Shown one piece after another: positions 41,798-53,558 of a stretch of DNA of 64,000 nt. The position numbers were made by a program, and so were the translations under genes. The first letter of the stretch is position 1. Each line of letters opens with the position of its first letter. This DNA comes from Savitreella phatthalungensis (taxonomy: Eukaryota): assembly GCA_051599415.1 (NCBI GenBank), contig AP039692.1, positions 310,001-374,000 of the forward strand. The letters run 5' to 3'. The notes beneath the pieces are model-generated. The model made no database searches. It was not told where the DNA came from and worked only from the letters and a program-made list of their open reading frames with translations.

Positions 41798-41920
41798 CAA
41801 TCCCCCAGACCCTCACCTTGCATCACTCTGTAGACCCATCTCGTAAACGCTCGATCATGCATGCATCCTATTCTTGTCCTCTCTATTGGCGTGCTCTCGA
41901 TTGTGGATGTCTCTCTCTCT

Positions 41921-42526
41921 CTAGGTCGTTGCTCGTTCAGGCAGTGTCACCACGAGCGACCCCTTCCTCTCCTTTCCACCACCCATCGCCAGCCGTCCCC
42001 ACTCGAGCAACCCCACCTGTGGCTGGACATTATAATGCAGCGTCAGCGTCAAATCCTTCGTTCCCCAAACCCCCTCGATATCTGCCAACCCATACTTGTT
42101 CCTCAACTTACCACCGATCTTCAACTCGGCTTCCTCATACGTCTTCACAATTTTGTCCCACACGACCATCTCCCTAGCACCGCCATCGTAGCTAGCCACC
42201 AAGTACACAAACACCTGCTTCGTGTTCCAGTGCCAGAGTCCTCTTAAATCAGCCGAGACGCGATCGAGCGATAGGTGTGCGTAGTCGCGCACGGTCGGAT
42301 CGTAAGATCGTGGTGCGCGAGACCGTTTGACGACGGCTCGGTGGAGGGTCGCGTGTGCGGACGGCTGGGGTGGTGGGCGGAGATGGGTGGACGGGAGGGG
42401 CAGGTAGGTTCGGCCGGTCGAGGGAAAGTGGAGGAAGGAGGTCAGGGCGATCGCGATCGATAGCGCTGTTAGGACGGTCGTGAAAAAGCCAAAGACCGTT
42501 TGAAGACGTTGCAGAGAGGAGTACAT
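41921..42526 (-). CDS. SPC3: Signal peptidase complex subunit 3 (SPC22/23)
   Basis: MYSSLQR, N-terminal TM helix, ADLRGLWHWNTKQVFVYL, VVWDKI and LHYNVQPQVG. ATG at 42526; the upstream part of the track ORF overlaps MTR4 and is spurious. Confidence 0.92.
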   Translation of the reverse strand: MYSSLQRLQTVFGFFTTVLTALSIAIALTSFLHFPSTGRTYLPLPSTHLRPPPQPSAHATLHRAVVKRSRAPRSYDPTVRDYAHLSLDRVSADLRGLWHWNTKQVFVYLVASYDGGAREMVVWDKIVKTYEEAELKIGGKLRNKYGLADIEGVWGTKDLTLTLHYNVQPQVGLLEWGRLAMGGGKERKGSLVVTLPERATT

Positions 42527-42690
42527 GGTCAGATGTGGTGAGGAGAATGAGGTTGTACGCTCAAAGGCGTGTCGTGTTTGGTGGGTGTGGTGGAGACTCC
42601 ACACGGTCGTGAAATAGTGGAGTAAGTCATGGGAGAATTGAATGGTTGAGATTTTTGGACGCGGTAGAAGGTTACAGAGCGGATATTTAT

Positions 42691-45600
42691 CTACAGATAG
42701 AGTGAGTTGGCAAAGATGATGTCTCTTGTAAGAAGCTCGATGGCTTTGGTCATCTTGCTTGCTTGTGTGTCGTTGCCGATGGCGGTGTAGGCTGCTACCA
42801 TCTGCCTCAGGAGTTCTTCTAGTCTCCTGAAGGCGCGGATTAGGGATCCTTCGTAGACGTCTGTCATCTTGCAGATGTGAGCAAAGGACTTGCCTTGAGC
42901 CCATGCATAGACGACGTCCATCAGCGCAGGCTTGAACGAGTCCACATACTCGTCCTCGACCACTGGCAGCTTCGACTCCTGAGACACCTTCGCGATTCGC
43001 CGAGCGGTCTCCTGCATGACTCGCAACGGCGCAGCAAGCTCGTCTTTCAGCTTTGGTGTTTCTTCTGACTTTTCGCCAAACACGAAACACGACAGCAGCG
43101 CCGCACACTGTTCTGGTGAGAGATCGTTGAAGACACCGTTGAAGATCATCTCTGTGAGGAGGAGTTCGTCGCCGGACGAGATTTCGCATGCCACGCGACC
43201 CTTGATCTCGATCACGTCCTCGCTCGTCGTGAATCCTAGGCGACGAAGCACACGTTTTCGGCACTTGAGCTCGTCTAGCTGCATGACGGCGTGAGCGGCG
43301 GCGATTTTGGAGCGCAGGTCCTTCGCCTGGGTTACCAGACTCTGCTTGAGGGAGTACTGCGCATACAGCTCATCTCTGCGAGGCGACTCGTGCAATGGAT
43401 TGCCGAGCAGTTTGGCTTCAAGGGCGTCGATTTTTCGCGTCAGCTGCTTGAAGTGGTCGTCCTTGATCTTCATGTTGTTGACTGGGTCTAGCAAGGCAAG
43501 GCCGTCGGGAAAACGCTTCTTGACCTCGATCAGGGACTTGCGTATTGTCTGCCTGGGACCGGATCCGGAGAAGTCCTTCGGAAGGAAGATTCGGATCTGA
43601 GAGAGAGCGGTGATGGTGGAGAGCAGACAGGGGACGACAACGAGCTGGCCGTCGGATTCATCTTCGGGAAGACGGATGTCGTTCTCGACGCCCTTCTTTG
43701 TCGAAAGGATCGACGACTTGGAGATCCACAGAAGCGTGTCGACGACGTATTGGTCCTGTGGCTTCAGCTCCACACCCTTAGGATTGCTGCGACGCGAGTA
43801 GCCCGTGACGACACCCCAATCGAAGTCCTTGCCGCCATGGGCGACCTTGATCAGGCGACCACCCTGAAGGAATGGCAGAGCGTAGTCCGGATGATTCATG
43901 ACGGTCTGAATATCGCGCGCATAGTTGTCAAGCTGCTGACGCAGGTCATAGTACTCGCCTATCGTCTGCTCGTCTTCGACGACCGTGTCATCGGCCTCAG
44001 CTTCCAGGCGAGCCAGCTCGGCTTCTAGCTTCGGTACCTCGGAGTTGCTCTGGAACTGGAAGAAGCAGCGCTCGAGCATGAATTCTGGCGAGATGCCTTC
44101 GACGCGCATCAGGTTGAGAATCATGTTGTACGACAGGTGGAAGGCTGAATCAAGTCTGTCGGCTTGACCCTTGAGCATGCCTTTTGCCACGGGAGGATCC
44201 ATCTTCTCGTCAATCATGAGGATCACAATACCGCGATCATCGAGACCACGACGTCCAGCACGACCGGACATCTGGATGTATTCTCCACCGCTGATCCACC
44301 GGAACTCCTTGCCGTCGAATTTGCGAACATTGGTGAAGACGACGGTCTTGGCAGGCATGTTGAGGCCAATGGAGAAGGTCTCTGTCGCGAAGAGCACCTT
44401 GATGAGACCTTCCTGGAAGAGGAGCTCAATGACTTCCTTAAGAATAGGCAATAGTCCGGAGTGATGAATGCCGATACCGCGACGGAGGAGTGGCAGGATG
44501 TGTTCGATCTGGGGCAGCTTGCGATCCTGCTCTGAGAGAGAGTTGATTGCATTGGTGAAGATCTTGGTAATACTGTCACGTTCAACGTCGTCACTCATAT
44601 CTAGCTTGCTCATCTGCAACGCCAGGCTCTCGCATTCCTTCTTGCTGAAGGAGAAGACGATGACCGGATTGTAGTTCTTGACCATGATCATCTTTACAAT
44701 TTTGTAGATGTCAGATGGCCCCTTGACGCCGCCTTTGTGTGTCTTTCCTGCCTTAGCTGCTTTCTTCTTGGAAGAAGACGCAGACGCCGGGTCATCACCT
44801 TGCGTGTCAGCAAGCGCACCCATCGCCTTCTGGAAGTTGTCTTCTCGGAAGCTGGATTTCTCGTCGACAACCAGATGGATGCCATCGCCACTGGCTGGGA
44901 AGAGGTAATGTTGGAGTGGCGTCGGACGGAAGTCTGTGTAGACGACATGGCATGGCTGAGAATGTGTTTTGACAATCCATTCTGCGAATTGCATAGCGTT
45001 GGGAATGGTGGCGGAGAGGAAGACGTAGTGGACCTTATCCGGGAGCAGGATGATGGTCTCCTCCCAGACAACGCCTCGCTCCTTGTCTCTCATGTAGTGG
45101 ATCTCATCGAAGATGACCCACGCAACCTCACGCATCACCTCTGAGCCGCGATAGAGCATAGACCTGAGAATCTCGGTTGTCATCACGAGGCAGGATGCCG
45201 ATGGGTTGATGGTAACGTCTCCAGTCATGAGTCCTACGTCCCCGAATTCTTCTAGCAGCTCGCGGTATTTCTGATTCGAGAGCGCCTTGATAGGGGAGGT
45301 ATAGATGACACGCTGCTTATTGGCGAGCGACTGGGCAATGGCGTACTCAGCCACGACAGTCTTACCAGCGGATGTGTGAGCACTGACGAGGACTGACTCG
45401 TTGCGCTCGATGCTAGCAATTGCTGTTGCTTGGAAAGGATCGAGCGTGAACGGATACGTTTTTGCGGGATTTTCAGGCCGCTTGTGCTGTGATATCGGAA
45501 CATAGGGATAGTTTGGTGGGAGGGCGACCTGGTGGCGAACTTGATGGCGGAGGACTAGCTTTCCATCCGCAGACTCGTTGTCAACAGCCTTGACCGATTG

Positions 45601-45954
45601 TGCACCTTCCTGATCGAACGAGTCTGTGACATTGACGGACTCTGCCTGCTTATGAACAGATGGGTCGATCCGTGACTTTTTCCGTGGATGTACCGGGTCA
45701 GATGTCTTGTCTGTATCTGGCTCTGGAGACGCGCGCTTGCCATTTTTGGAATTTGCTGTGTCCGTAGAGCCGTTTGTGTGAGTGTCAGCAGGAGCTGAAG
45801 CTGAAGCTACAGATGTGAGGTTGTGGGAGTCAGGCTTTAGTGCTTGTGCTGATGACTTTTCCTTGGTCGCTGCGAGAACACTTGCCGTTGCACCACTTTT
45901 TTGCTGCGGCTTTGCAGTGAATACGTCAAAGCTGTCGTCCTCGTCGTCGAACAT
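42691..45954 (-). CDS. MTR4: Ski2-like RNA helicase Mtr4 (exosome/TRAMP cofactor)
   Basis: [34 protein letters not shown], arch/KOW insertion and C-terminal [11 protein letters not shown]. Confidence 0.96.
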   Translation of the reverse strand: MFDDEDDSFDVFTAKPQQKSGATASVLAATKEKSSAQALKPDSHNLTSVASASAPADTHTNGSTDTANSKNGKRASPEPDTDKTSDPVHPRKKSRIDPSVHKQAESVNVTDSFDQEGAQSVKAVDNESADGKLVLRHQVRHQVALPPNYPYVPISQHKRPENPAKTYPFTLDPFQATAIASIERNESVLVSAHTSAGKTVVAEYAIAQSLANKQRVIYTSPIKALSNQKYRELLEEFGDVGLMTGDVTINPSASCLVMTTEILRSMLYRGSEVMREVAWVIFDEIHYMRDKERGVVWEETIILLPDKVHYVFLSATIPNAMQFAEWIVKTHSQPCHVVYTDFRPTPLQHYLFPASGDGIHLVVDEKSSFREDNFQKAMGALADTQGDDPASASSSKKKAAKAGKTHKGGVKGPSDIYKIVKMIMVKNYNPVIVFSFSKKECESLALQMSKLDMSDDVERDSITKIFTNAINSLSEQDRKLPQIEHILPLLRRGIGIHHSGLLPILKEVIELLFQEGLIKVLFATETFSIGLNMPAKTVVFTNVRKFDGKEFRWISGGEYIQMSGRAGRRGLDDRGIVILMIDEKMDPPVAKGMLKGQADRLDSAFHLSYNMILNLMRVEGISPEFMLERCFFQFQSNSEVPKLEAELARLEAEADDTVVEDEQTIGEYYDLRQQLDNYARDIQTVMNHPDYALPFLQGGRLIKVAHGGKDFDWGVVTGYSRRSNPKGVELKPQDQYVVDTLLWISKSSILSTKKGVENDIRLPEDESDGQLVVVPCLLSTITALSQIRIFLPKDFSGSGPRQTIRKSLIEVKKRFPDGLALLDPVNNMKIKDDHFKQLTRKIDALEAKLLGNPLHESPRRDELYAQYSLKQSLVTQAKDLRSKIAAAHAVMQLDELKCRKRVLRRLGFTTSEDVIEIKGRVACEISSGDELLLTEMIFNGVFNDLSPEQCAALLSCFVFGEKSEETPKLKDELAAPLRVMQETARRIAKVSQESKLPVVEDEYVDSFKPALMDVVYAWAQGKSFAHICKMTDVYEGSLIRAFRRLEELLRQMVAAYTAIGNDTQASKMTKAIELLTRDIIFANSLYL

Positions 45955-46222
45955 TGTCGCCGTTGACGCAGTTGGACCCTGGAGGTGTTGAGTTGACTGT
46001 GTTGCCTTGACCTTTGGCTGTATACTTGATTAGATCTGACTTGATTATATGCCAGGTACGGTGTTGAGGTGTGTATACTGTCAATTGTTCATATATGCAT
46101 GCATATACTGTATGGATTGATGACTTTTTTGAGAGTTTGATCCAGGCAACATGACGCCACAGACTTTGTACCTCATTCGATCGATCGAGTAGAATAAGAA
46201 AAGTGCTTCAACATGCATGCTA

Positions 46223-46255
46223 CAGTACATGCAGTACATGCAGTACATGCAGTAC
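46223..46255. repeat. (CAGTACATG) tandem repeat, about 3.7 copies
   Basis: Seen directly in the sequence. Confidence 0.85.
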
Positions 46256-46886
46256 GTTATGCAGTGTATGGTATATCCATATCCATAGGTATAGAATTGA
46301 AGGTCGACGCCACATTCAAATTCGCGGAAGTCCTAGAGTTGAGTATACACGTGCACGGAAAGGGGCTAGCCTGTACTGTACATCTGTATGTGGCATTAAC
46401 ACTTGGAGTTGAGCACGGACCTTCAACCCAAGCAGGTACGCGTCTGTCTGAATGTCCATTTGTGACATTAGATTGAGGAAATCTGAGGTAGTATACATCC
46501 AAGCACTAGATCGAAGTCACGAAGGCCTGACAAGACGTAAACAAACTGTTCAGGACAATTGAAAATCCACTGAATACCTGTTCATGAGCGGGAGGGAAAT
46601 CTGCAGAGGACGAGGACTCCGAACATGTCAGGTCTGGTGACGGATTGGCTTGTTGCAGTAGGACATCTGATGAGAGTGTTTTTCGTCAAGAATAAGGACA
46701 TGGTACTTCGCCCGTGTATTGTATATATTGGGTATTGCGCTAGCCTGGTTGATTACTGGTGGGATGCAAGCTCACAGGTCAAATGCTGTAGGGCTCTCTC
46801 CCGGACTTATGACGCATTTTCCAGCGCAAGGATACGCAAGGATACGGAGATGCATGCGAGCTGAGCGAGTTATTGAGAGTCACGAT

Positions 46887-47199
46887 TTACTCGACCTTGG
46901 ACAGCTGCCACCAGGAAGCGAGGAAGGGAATCGAGAATCCTGTGCCGAAGAACAATGCGACCTTTGCTGCAAAGACTGGCTTGCTCTGTGAGATGGTGAA
47001 AGGGATATTACTGTCATAGATCGGTCAGTCGCCTGTTCCAAGATGGGGGAGAAATCGAATTTGGCGCGCGCAGTGGCAGGAATGTATAGAAGACTTACGT
47101 TCTAGGTCCCTCTGGGAAGTGACCGCTGCGAGCGATGGATGAGGTAGAGAAGTTGCGTGCTGCAGGAGATGCGTTTGTCAAGGCGCGACGAGCAAACAT
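46887..47199 (-). CDS. COX8: Cytochrome c oxidase subunit VIIc (fungal Cox8), 74 aa; exons 47199-47099 and 47010-46887
   Basis: An 88-nt intron GTAAGT..CTGAC..CAG joins MFARRAL..RNFSTSSIARSGHFPEGPRT to NIPFTISQSKPVFAAKVALFFGTGFSIPFLASWWQLSKVE*. Confidence 0.92.
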
Positions 47200-48158
47200 G
47201 ATTATGATTGATGTGAGGTGAAGTGAGATTCTTTCTTGAAGTTGTGGAGGGCTGATTAATGTGGTGATGGTGTCGTGGTTGTGAGGAAGGGAGAGATGAT
47301 GGAAGAGTACGGAATGGAGAACTCGGAACACCCAGACGTGTCTCTGGGGTAACTGGTGGATGGGCGTGTGTGATGGTGGATGTGGTGGTGGATGGTGGAG
47401 TGGAAGATTCAGAGCTGTGCAAGAGTGTTCTGGTTCGCTCTCGCCCACAGACACTCACCGGGCTATGCAGCACAGCACGCACTCTATCCAAAGGCCGATC
47501 AATGCATGATCGGGTCTGTTTGTGCAATGATACCACAATACTACAACAAAATTAATCAAATTTCGCAAACTTCCATTAATCATGATTACCTATCTAGGGT
47601 ACAGCTTCTAGATTTTCATCAATGCACCTTGCAAATTGTTTTCAGAGTTCGTCTGGACTCTCTGTCGGAAGAGATCGTAAGCTCAATTTTTCTTTCCTTA
47701 GGTCTGATCTCCGAATTTAACTCAAATCGGGGAATTCGTATACAGCTGGTGAAAACCTGAGGCTCACAAAATTCTGGAATTTGAAGTCCAGCACGTGAAT
47801 GTAATCGGCTGCAAATGATGTGAATTAGGGACTGCATATATCGACTATAGCTTCATGAAATGGACCGAGAACTTGATAGACGGTCGGTCGTGCATCTGGC
47901 CGAGTTCAGATGATCTCGAGAGATGCTCATTTCAAACGCACGTGCTCACGACCACGAACATTTTCTTGACTGTATAGTAACGTGACAGAAGTAGAGCGGC
48001 ACTCAGACCGGACCTCAATCCACCGTACACTATCAGCATATCACCCTCCAGTACCCTCATACAGGCAGGTTCCTCGGACTCTGATAATCACATCTCTATT
48101 CAAGCTCATTCACAGTCATCTCACAACATCATCTGACTTGCGCGGCAAGAATCACAAC

Positions 48159-48542
48159 ATGTCCGGCCTGAGCACGCTTCTCTCAAAGGTACCTCTAGCC
48201 TCGTCAAATCTAGCCACACAGCTTGCCTCAAATAAGTCACTCTACAAGGCAGTCTCCCTTCTCGCAAATCCAGTCGATCAGCGTGTGGCTCCGCGCAAGT
48301 GGCTAGCAAAGGGGTTCAATGACTCTTACTATATCATCAAGTCTGCATACGTGACAGAGGACGGCAAGCGCGGCGTCATCAAGGGCCAAAAGGTCTTCCG
48401 TGGTAGAATCCAGGATCAGGGACGCGTCAGGACGATACGTGGCGGGCTCAAGCACTTCTGGGAACCACTCGGTCCAGCCACACAATCATTCGCCATCCCT
48501 CCACCTCCAGCTCCACCTGCAGCCAAGCAATCCTCCGCCTGA
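48159..48542 (+). CDS. Probable mitochondrial ribosomal protein mS34-like
   Basis: Basic 127-aa ORF. KSLYKAVSLL..RV..KW..KGF.DSYYII..GKRG.IKG..VFRG..IRGGLKHFW resembles the MRP-S34 pattern from recall. Confidence 0.6.
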   Translation: MSGLSTLLSKVPLASSNLATQLASNKSLYKAVSLLANPVDQRVAPRKWLAKGFNDSYYIIKSAYVTEDGKRGVIKGQKVFRGRIQDQGRVRTIRGGLKHFWEPLGPATQSFAIPPPPAPPAAKQSSA

Positions 48543-48920
48543 CCCCTTCGTCAATTCGGCTTGTTGGGCAATAATGCGAGTTCCATGATACACCTGATCA
48601 TCCGGACTCGCTGCCTCACATCCTACAGCATACAATAGCATAGTTACGACCTGATGACCCCCAAATTCTCCGTCGCTCTCCCGTGGACATCAAGCTATAT
48701 ATTTCGCATATGTGAATACCATTGACGTGCATGTGCAAATCTGTATGAATACTGTGTGCTCTGTGTGCTCTTAGGAATTCTGATGTCACCCGTGCCTAAA
48801 TACACAGTGTTTAGAGTACAGTGGATGGTAAAGCACAGCCTGTAAGCTTCAAGATACCTCAGGCACAATCATAAAGCTTACTACCAGGAGTCCTGGCTTT
48901 GGCCGGTTGGCAACCTTCCC

Positions 48921-51900
48921 ATGCGCTCAGTCGCTCTGCTGCAGTGTAAGCGCAGGGATGTTCAACAGTTGGACCTTCCACACGGCGTTCCTGCCGCTGA
49001 TGCAGCTGCTATCTGCTGGCGGCACGGCGTGCTCGTGACTGCCAGAATAAACAGCTCTAGTGAAGTGACGTTCGACCAGAGTGGTCGAATATTGGCATCT
49101 CTTCGATATGACGCAGAGCTTGATGGTCCAGTCGTTTCGTTCCACCACAATCCCATCGATGATAGATTCTACCTCATCATGGCCGCTGGACATATCCTCG
49201 AGTGTGACATGGCAGCATCTCCAACTCCATCGGGAGACGTCATTGGCACAGTCGAAGAGCCAATCGAAGCGTGCGAGTGGACTGCCGATGGCGAGGTGGT
49301 CGCAATCGCGACCCGAACCACGCTCAGCTTGCTTACTCGTCGATTCGACCTGATTGCCGAAATCAAGTACAAGGATAGCGACATCAAGCTGAGCGCCAAT
49401 CAGGTCTCTGTCGGATGGGGACGCTCGGACACACAATTTAAGGGCAAGCATGCTAAGGGTCATGCACCTAGAGATCCTACGCTTCCAGATCGCGTCGATG
49501 CAGGCACATTGTCACCACTAGATGATGGGAGAATGCATCTGTCATGGCGTGGGGATGGTCAGTATGTCGCACTAAGTTCTGTCGCCGGAACGAGAAGGGT
49601 GATCCGCGTATACTCTCGCGATGGCAATCTAGAGAGCACATCAGAGCCTGTCGATGGGCAAGAAGGAGTAATAGCGTGGCGACCGCTCGGCAATATCATG
49701 GCCAGCGTGAAACGCTCGGATGACAGACTTGAATGTATTTTCTTCGAGAAGAACGGTCTGAGGCATGGAGAGTTCGAACTGCGGAATTCAGGGGACGTCT
49801 CCGGGCTCAGATGGAACTGCGATTCCAACGTCCTTGCCATCGTTCAAGATGGCCATCTCGAGCTCTGGGCAGCTTCGAACTACCAATGGGAGCTCAAGCA
49901 GCGCTTGTCGTGCGATCCGTCCACAACGTGGCACTGGCACCCGACTGACCCCTACAGGCTCGCATACAAATACAACGGCGGATGGAACGAGCTCACGTTA
50001 CACTACAAGGTGCTCGGACACCGACCAACGCCGCCAAACGACTACGGTCTAGTTGCGCGCGTCGATGGCGATCAGCTCGGGCTCACACCGCTCCGCATCG
50101 CCAATGTGCCACCGCCAATGTCAATGTTTGACCTCCGCCTTGCACAACAAGGTGCTGTCCCCCGGCACGTTTCAATATCTCCGTCAGCCACGCACATTGC
50201 CGTCCTATACGAGACCTCTCTGGACGTCTACACCTGGACTCTCGACGATGATGTCGCAGACGCGCCATCGCTGTCCTTCAGCACCGCATTGCCAGATACC
50301 GAAGGTATGTCGATGCAGGTCGTCATTGCAGATGACGCCATGGCCCATGTACTTTTCTCCACAGACGCAGTCATTCGGGTCGATCAAGCAGGAGCTGTCA
50401 AAGTTGCGGCGTCAGCACAGTCGCCAACGAGCATCGTACAGGCTGACGGCGAAACTTTCTTGCACGAGTCCACTACCAATAAGATTGTCACACTCTCAGG
50501 CGAGCTCATCGCCGAGTTTGCCAAGCCATGTCACAATTTCGACGTCATCGACATTGACGGTCATCTCGCAGCCTTCGGTCTGTCCGTGGATGGCGATCTC
50601 TTTGCAAACTCATTCAAGCTCGCCAGTGAAGTCAGCTCCTTCTTGCTCTTTGGCAAGCTCCTTCTATACACGACCACGACACATCTCAAGTTTGTCCATC
50701 TGAGCGCCAATCTTGACATCCCAGCGGATACAGTCGAGGACGAGCGATCACGATTGATCGATCGGGGATCCGTTCTCGTGACTGCATGCCCTACTGTTCG
50801 GAGTGTTGTACTACAGGCTCCGCGAGGCAACCTGGAGACCATATATCCCCGGATCCTCGTACTTGCCGGTATCCGTGCAGCTGTCAAGGATCGCCAAGAC
50901 TGGGCAACTGCATGGCGAGAGTCAAAAGTCCACCGCATCGACCCCAATATCTTTTATGACCTCGATCCGCAGCTCTTCCTCGCAAATGTCTCGAGCTTTG
51001 TCGCGGCGCTAAAGACCAGCACGGAACTCGACTTGTTCCTGGCGAATCTGAAGCCGGAGGATGTCACACGTACCATGTACGTTGACACATTGCAGCAAGA
51101 CAAAGCTCACATCGAGCCGGAGACGGATGCTGACAAGGTGAATCGCATCTGCCAGGCTGTGCTCGACTGTCTCACGCGCGCCTTCATCGACACGCACTTT
51201 AGCAGTATTCTGACGGCCCACCTGGCAAAGTCGCCACCGGCGTATGAGGCTGCACTTGGTCTTGTCGCTAGCATTCCTGACGTTGACGAGGAGCGGAAAG
51301 ACGATGCCTTGACGCACGTCACTTTCATCGCCGATGTAAACGAGCTGTATAACCAGGCTCTCGGTATCTACAACCTGGACTTGGCGGCCCAGCTCGCACG
51401 CCGCAATCCCCTGAAAGACCCGCGCGAGTATCTGCCATTCATCGAGGAGATGCGCAGTCTGCCTGATCTAAAGCGTAAGTACGTGCTCGACAATCAGCTG
51501 AAGCGCTACCCAAAAGCCCTCGACAGTCTCCTGGCCGAGGCCGACAGCAATGACTCGTGGGCACAGGCACTCGCATACATCCAGAAGCACGAACTCTGGT
51601 CGGCTGCCTTCACCACCTTGCGCAACGACGACGACCGCGCTCACAGACTTCTAATCCCATACGCAGAGCACATGTCCCTGCAGGCTGACCATGCAGCTGC
51701 AGGACGAGCGTTCGAGATGGCAGGCGCGTACGATGCGGCAAGTGCCGCATACAGGCTTGTGCCATCGGCCTGGCGAGAGTGTCTCGCGACTGCTCGGCTC
51801 GCGATGTCGGCGTCCGACTCGAGCGCGTGCAACGCTCTCGCATCGGAGCTCGCGGACACGCAAGAGTCGAGCAAGCGCTTTGCTGACGCCGCCATCATCC

Positions 51901-52697
51901 ACCACACCATTCTGCGGAACGAAGACCGAGCGATCGAGTTCTACTGCCGCGCGTTTGACTACGCGACCGCGCTACTCCTTGCCGGCAGCTCCCAAGCCAA
52001 GCTCGACAAACTCATCCGCCCTCGACTAACAGAACACGTGGTCGCCCAACGCGACCTCCTGAACGAGATGGCGACCCAGCTGGCATCGCAGCTGCCTCGT
52101 CTTCGCGAAGTTCGCAAACGCCGTGTTGAAGACCCGACCTCGTTCTTTGAAGGATTCCTATCTGGCGGTCACGGTGGCCTGGACGATACGCCTGGTTCGG
52201 GTGACGTTCGAGACGACATCTCCCTAGCTACAGCATCCGACGCCACCACCTCCTTCTCCATCTTCACCCGCTACACAGGCGTCGGCACCCCGACAGAGAC
52301 CACAGCATCCTCCCAGCGGGCACCCCACATCACCAAGAAAAAGCAGCTCAAGCTGAACAGGAAGCAGGAGCGAAAGCGTGCAAAGGGTAAGCAGGGGACA
52401 GTCTGGGAGGAGGAGTACCTGGTGAACTCGATCGGTCGACTTGGGTTACGCCTTGGGCACGCTCACGTGGAGATCCGGTGTGTGATTGAAGGGTTGCTGA
52501 GAATGGATGGTGGAAACGGTCGTCGTCAAGCGGCCGATCTACAGAGACTTGTTACCGGCACAACAGAGCGATCGCTAGAAGCCATCGACGAAGCTTTCAC
52601 TAAATCAGCAGAACTACCACAACAATTCAGGTCAAATCTGATCGATCGTCCTACAACGCTCACTCCATTCACACCAGTTCTCAATGCACTCTTGTGA
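48921..52697 (+). CDS. ELP1: Elongator subunit 1 (Iki3/Elp1)
   Basis: VSVGWGRSDTQFKG, SWRGDGQY, FFEKNGLRHGEF, LQAPRGNLETIYPR, KDPREYLPF and the basic tRNA-binding tail RKRAKGKQGTVWEEEYL. Confidence 0.96.
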   Translation: MRSVALLQCKRRDVQQLDLPHGVPAADAAAICWRHGVLVTARINSSSEVTFDQSGRILASLRYDAELDGPVVSFHHNPIDDRFYLIMAAGHILECDMAASPTPSGDVIGTVEEPIEACEWTADGEVVAIATRTTLSLLTRRFDLIAEIKYKDSDIKLSANQVSVGWGRSDTQFKGKHAKGHAPRDPTLPDRVDAGTLSPLDDGRMHLSWRGDGQYVALSSVAGTRRVIRVYSRDGNLESTSEPVDGQEGVIAWRPLGNIMASVKRSDDRLECIFFEKNGLRHGEFELRNSGDVSGLRWNCDSNVLAIVQDGHLELWAASNYQWELKQRLSCDPSTTWHWHPTDPYRLAYKYNGGWNELTLHYKVLGHRPTPPNDYGLVARVDGDQLGLTPLRIANVPPPMSMFDLRLAQQGAVPRHVSISPSATHIAVLYETSLDVYTWTLDDDVADAPSLSFSTALPDTEGMSMQVVIADDAMAHVLFSTDAVIRVDQAGAVKVAASAQSPTSIVQADGETFLHESTTNKIVTLSGELIAEFAKPCHNFDVIDIDGHLAAFGLSVDGDLFANSFKLASEVSSFLLFGKLLLYTTTTHLKFVHLSANLDIPADTVEDERSRLIDRGSVLVTACPTVRSVVLQAPRGNLETIYPRILVLAGIRAAVKDRQDWATAWRESKVHRIDPNIFYDLDPQLFLANVSSFVAALKTSTELDLFLANLKPEDVTRTMYVDTLQQDKAHIEPETDADKVNRICQAVLDCLTRAFIDTHFSSILTAHLAKSPPAYEAALGLVASIPDVDEERKDDALTHVTFIADVNELYNQALGIYNLDLAAQLARRNPLKDPREYLPFIEEMRSLPDLKRKYVLDNQLKRYPKALDSLLAEADSNDSWAQALAYIQKHELWSAAFTTLRNDDDRAHRLLIPYAEHMSLQADHAAAGRAFEMAGAYDAASAAYRLVPSAWRECLATARLAMSASDSSACNALASELADTQESSKRFADAAIIHHTILRNEDRAIEFYCRAFDYATALLLAGSSQAKLDKLIRPRLTEHVVAQRDLLNEMATQLASQLPRLREVRKRRVEDPTSFFEGFLSGGHGGLDDTPGSGDVRDDISLATASDATTSFSIFTRYTGVGTPTETTASSQRAPHITKKKQLKLNRKQERKRAKGKQGTVWEEEYLVNSIGRLGLRLGHAHVEIRCVIEGLLRMDGGNGRRQAADLQRLVTGTTERSLEAIDEAFTKSAELPQQFRSNLIDRPTTLTPFTPVLNALL

Positions 52698-52760
52698 AAA
52701 AAAAAGGGTTACACCTGTAAGAGGAGCTAGATGATGCTATTTATCGTAAGACGAATGGTT

Positions 52761-53522
52761 TCACATGTACGCGCCAAAAGCCTCGTCGATTTGTGAAAGC
52801 GCAGTTTCCAAGCCGCCTGCAAAGATACGAACTTCCTCGACTGCAGGATCGAGTGCTCCCGGCATGAAACCCAGGAGTGACAGCATGGTGTTAGTGCTGG
52901 ATTCCTGTTGGTTGGGTTTGTCGTTCTTGTCCTGTTGGTTGGATTTGTCGTTCTTGCTCTGTCGGTTGGATTTGTCGCTCTCGGAGATGTCCTTGACGAT
53001 AGCTTGCAGGGGAGCGAGTGTTTTGGCGAGGGTGGCTTTGATGTGGGGGACGTCCCTGTAGACGCGGCCGTAGGTGTCTTCGTGAAGGGAGTTGAGGAGG
53101 AGACACCTGAGTGCCTCTAGCGCGAGCTTTGCAAGGGCGATCGAGCGCGAGGGCTCGAGAGCTAGGAGCGCGCCTGGGCGAGGCAGGAGGACGGGCGCGA
53201 AGGAGGTGCGGCGTACGCGGTCGGCGTAAGTGTCGTATAGCCAGCCGCCAAGGTGTGTCAGCGAGCCGGCAATTTTTTCAGTCGTTACGGCGACAGGAAG
53301 AGCAGGTGCCACCACGTTCGGTTTGCCGTTGGCGGCCGAGGAGACTTGGGTGGATGCAGATTTAAACCGGTCAAAGGGAGAGCGATCTGCAGCGGTTGGG
53401 GTCAGGAAGATGTTGGCCTGCTGAACGCGAACGGGTTGAGGTGTTATGGACTCGCTCGAGTTGGCTTGAAAAGGAGGATTCTGTGGTGGCGGTTTTGGTT
53501 GTCCTCCCTCTGCTCTGCCCTT

Positions 53523-53558
<36 letters not shown>

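Noticed and set aside
42527..43264. Long N-terminal extension of SPC3 overlapping MTR4 (possible fusion or frameshift)
   Set aside because: MTR4 ends with its conserved SLYL-stop and SPC3 begins at its conserved Met. The open alternative frame has no slippery site or homology that I could see.
46324..46370. GGAAGTCC..GGGGCT as RNase P/MRP CR-I and CR-V
   Set aside because: The motifs are only ~35 nt apart, far too close for these RNAs.
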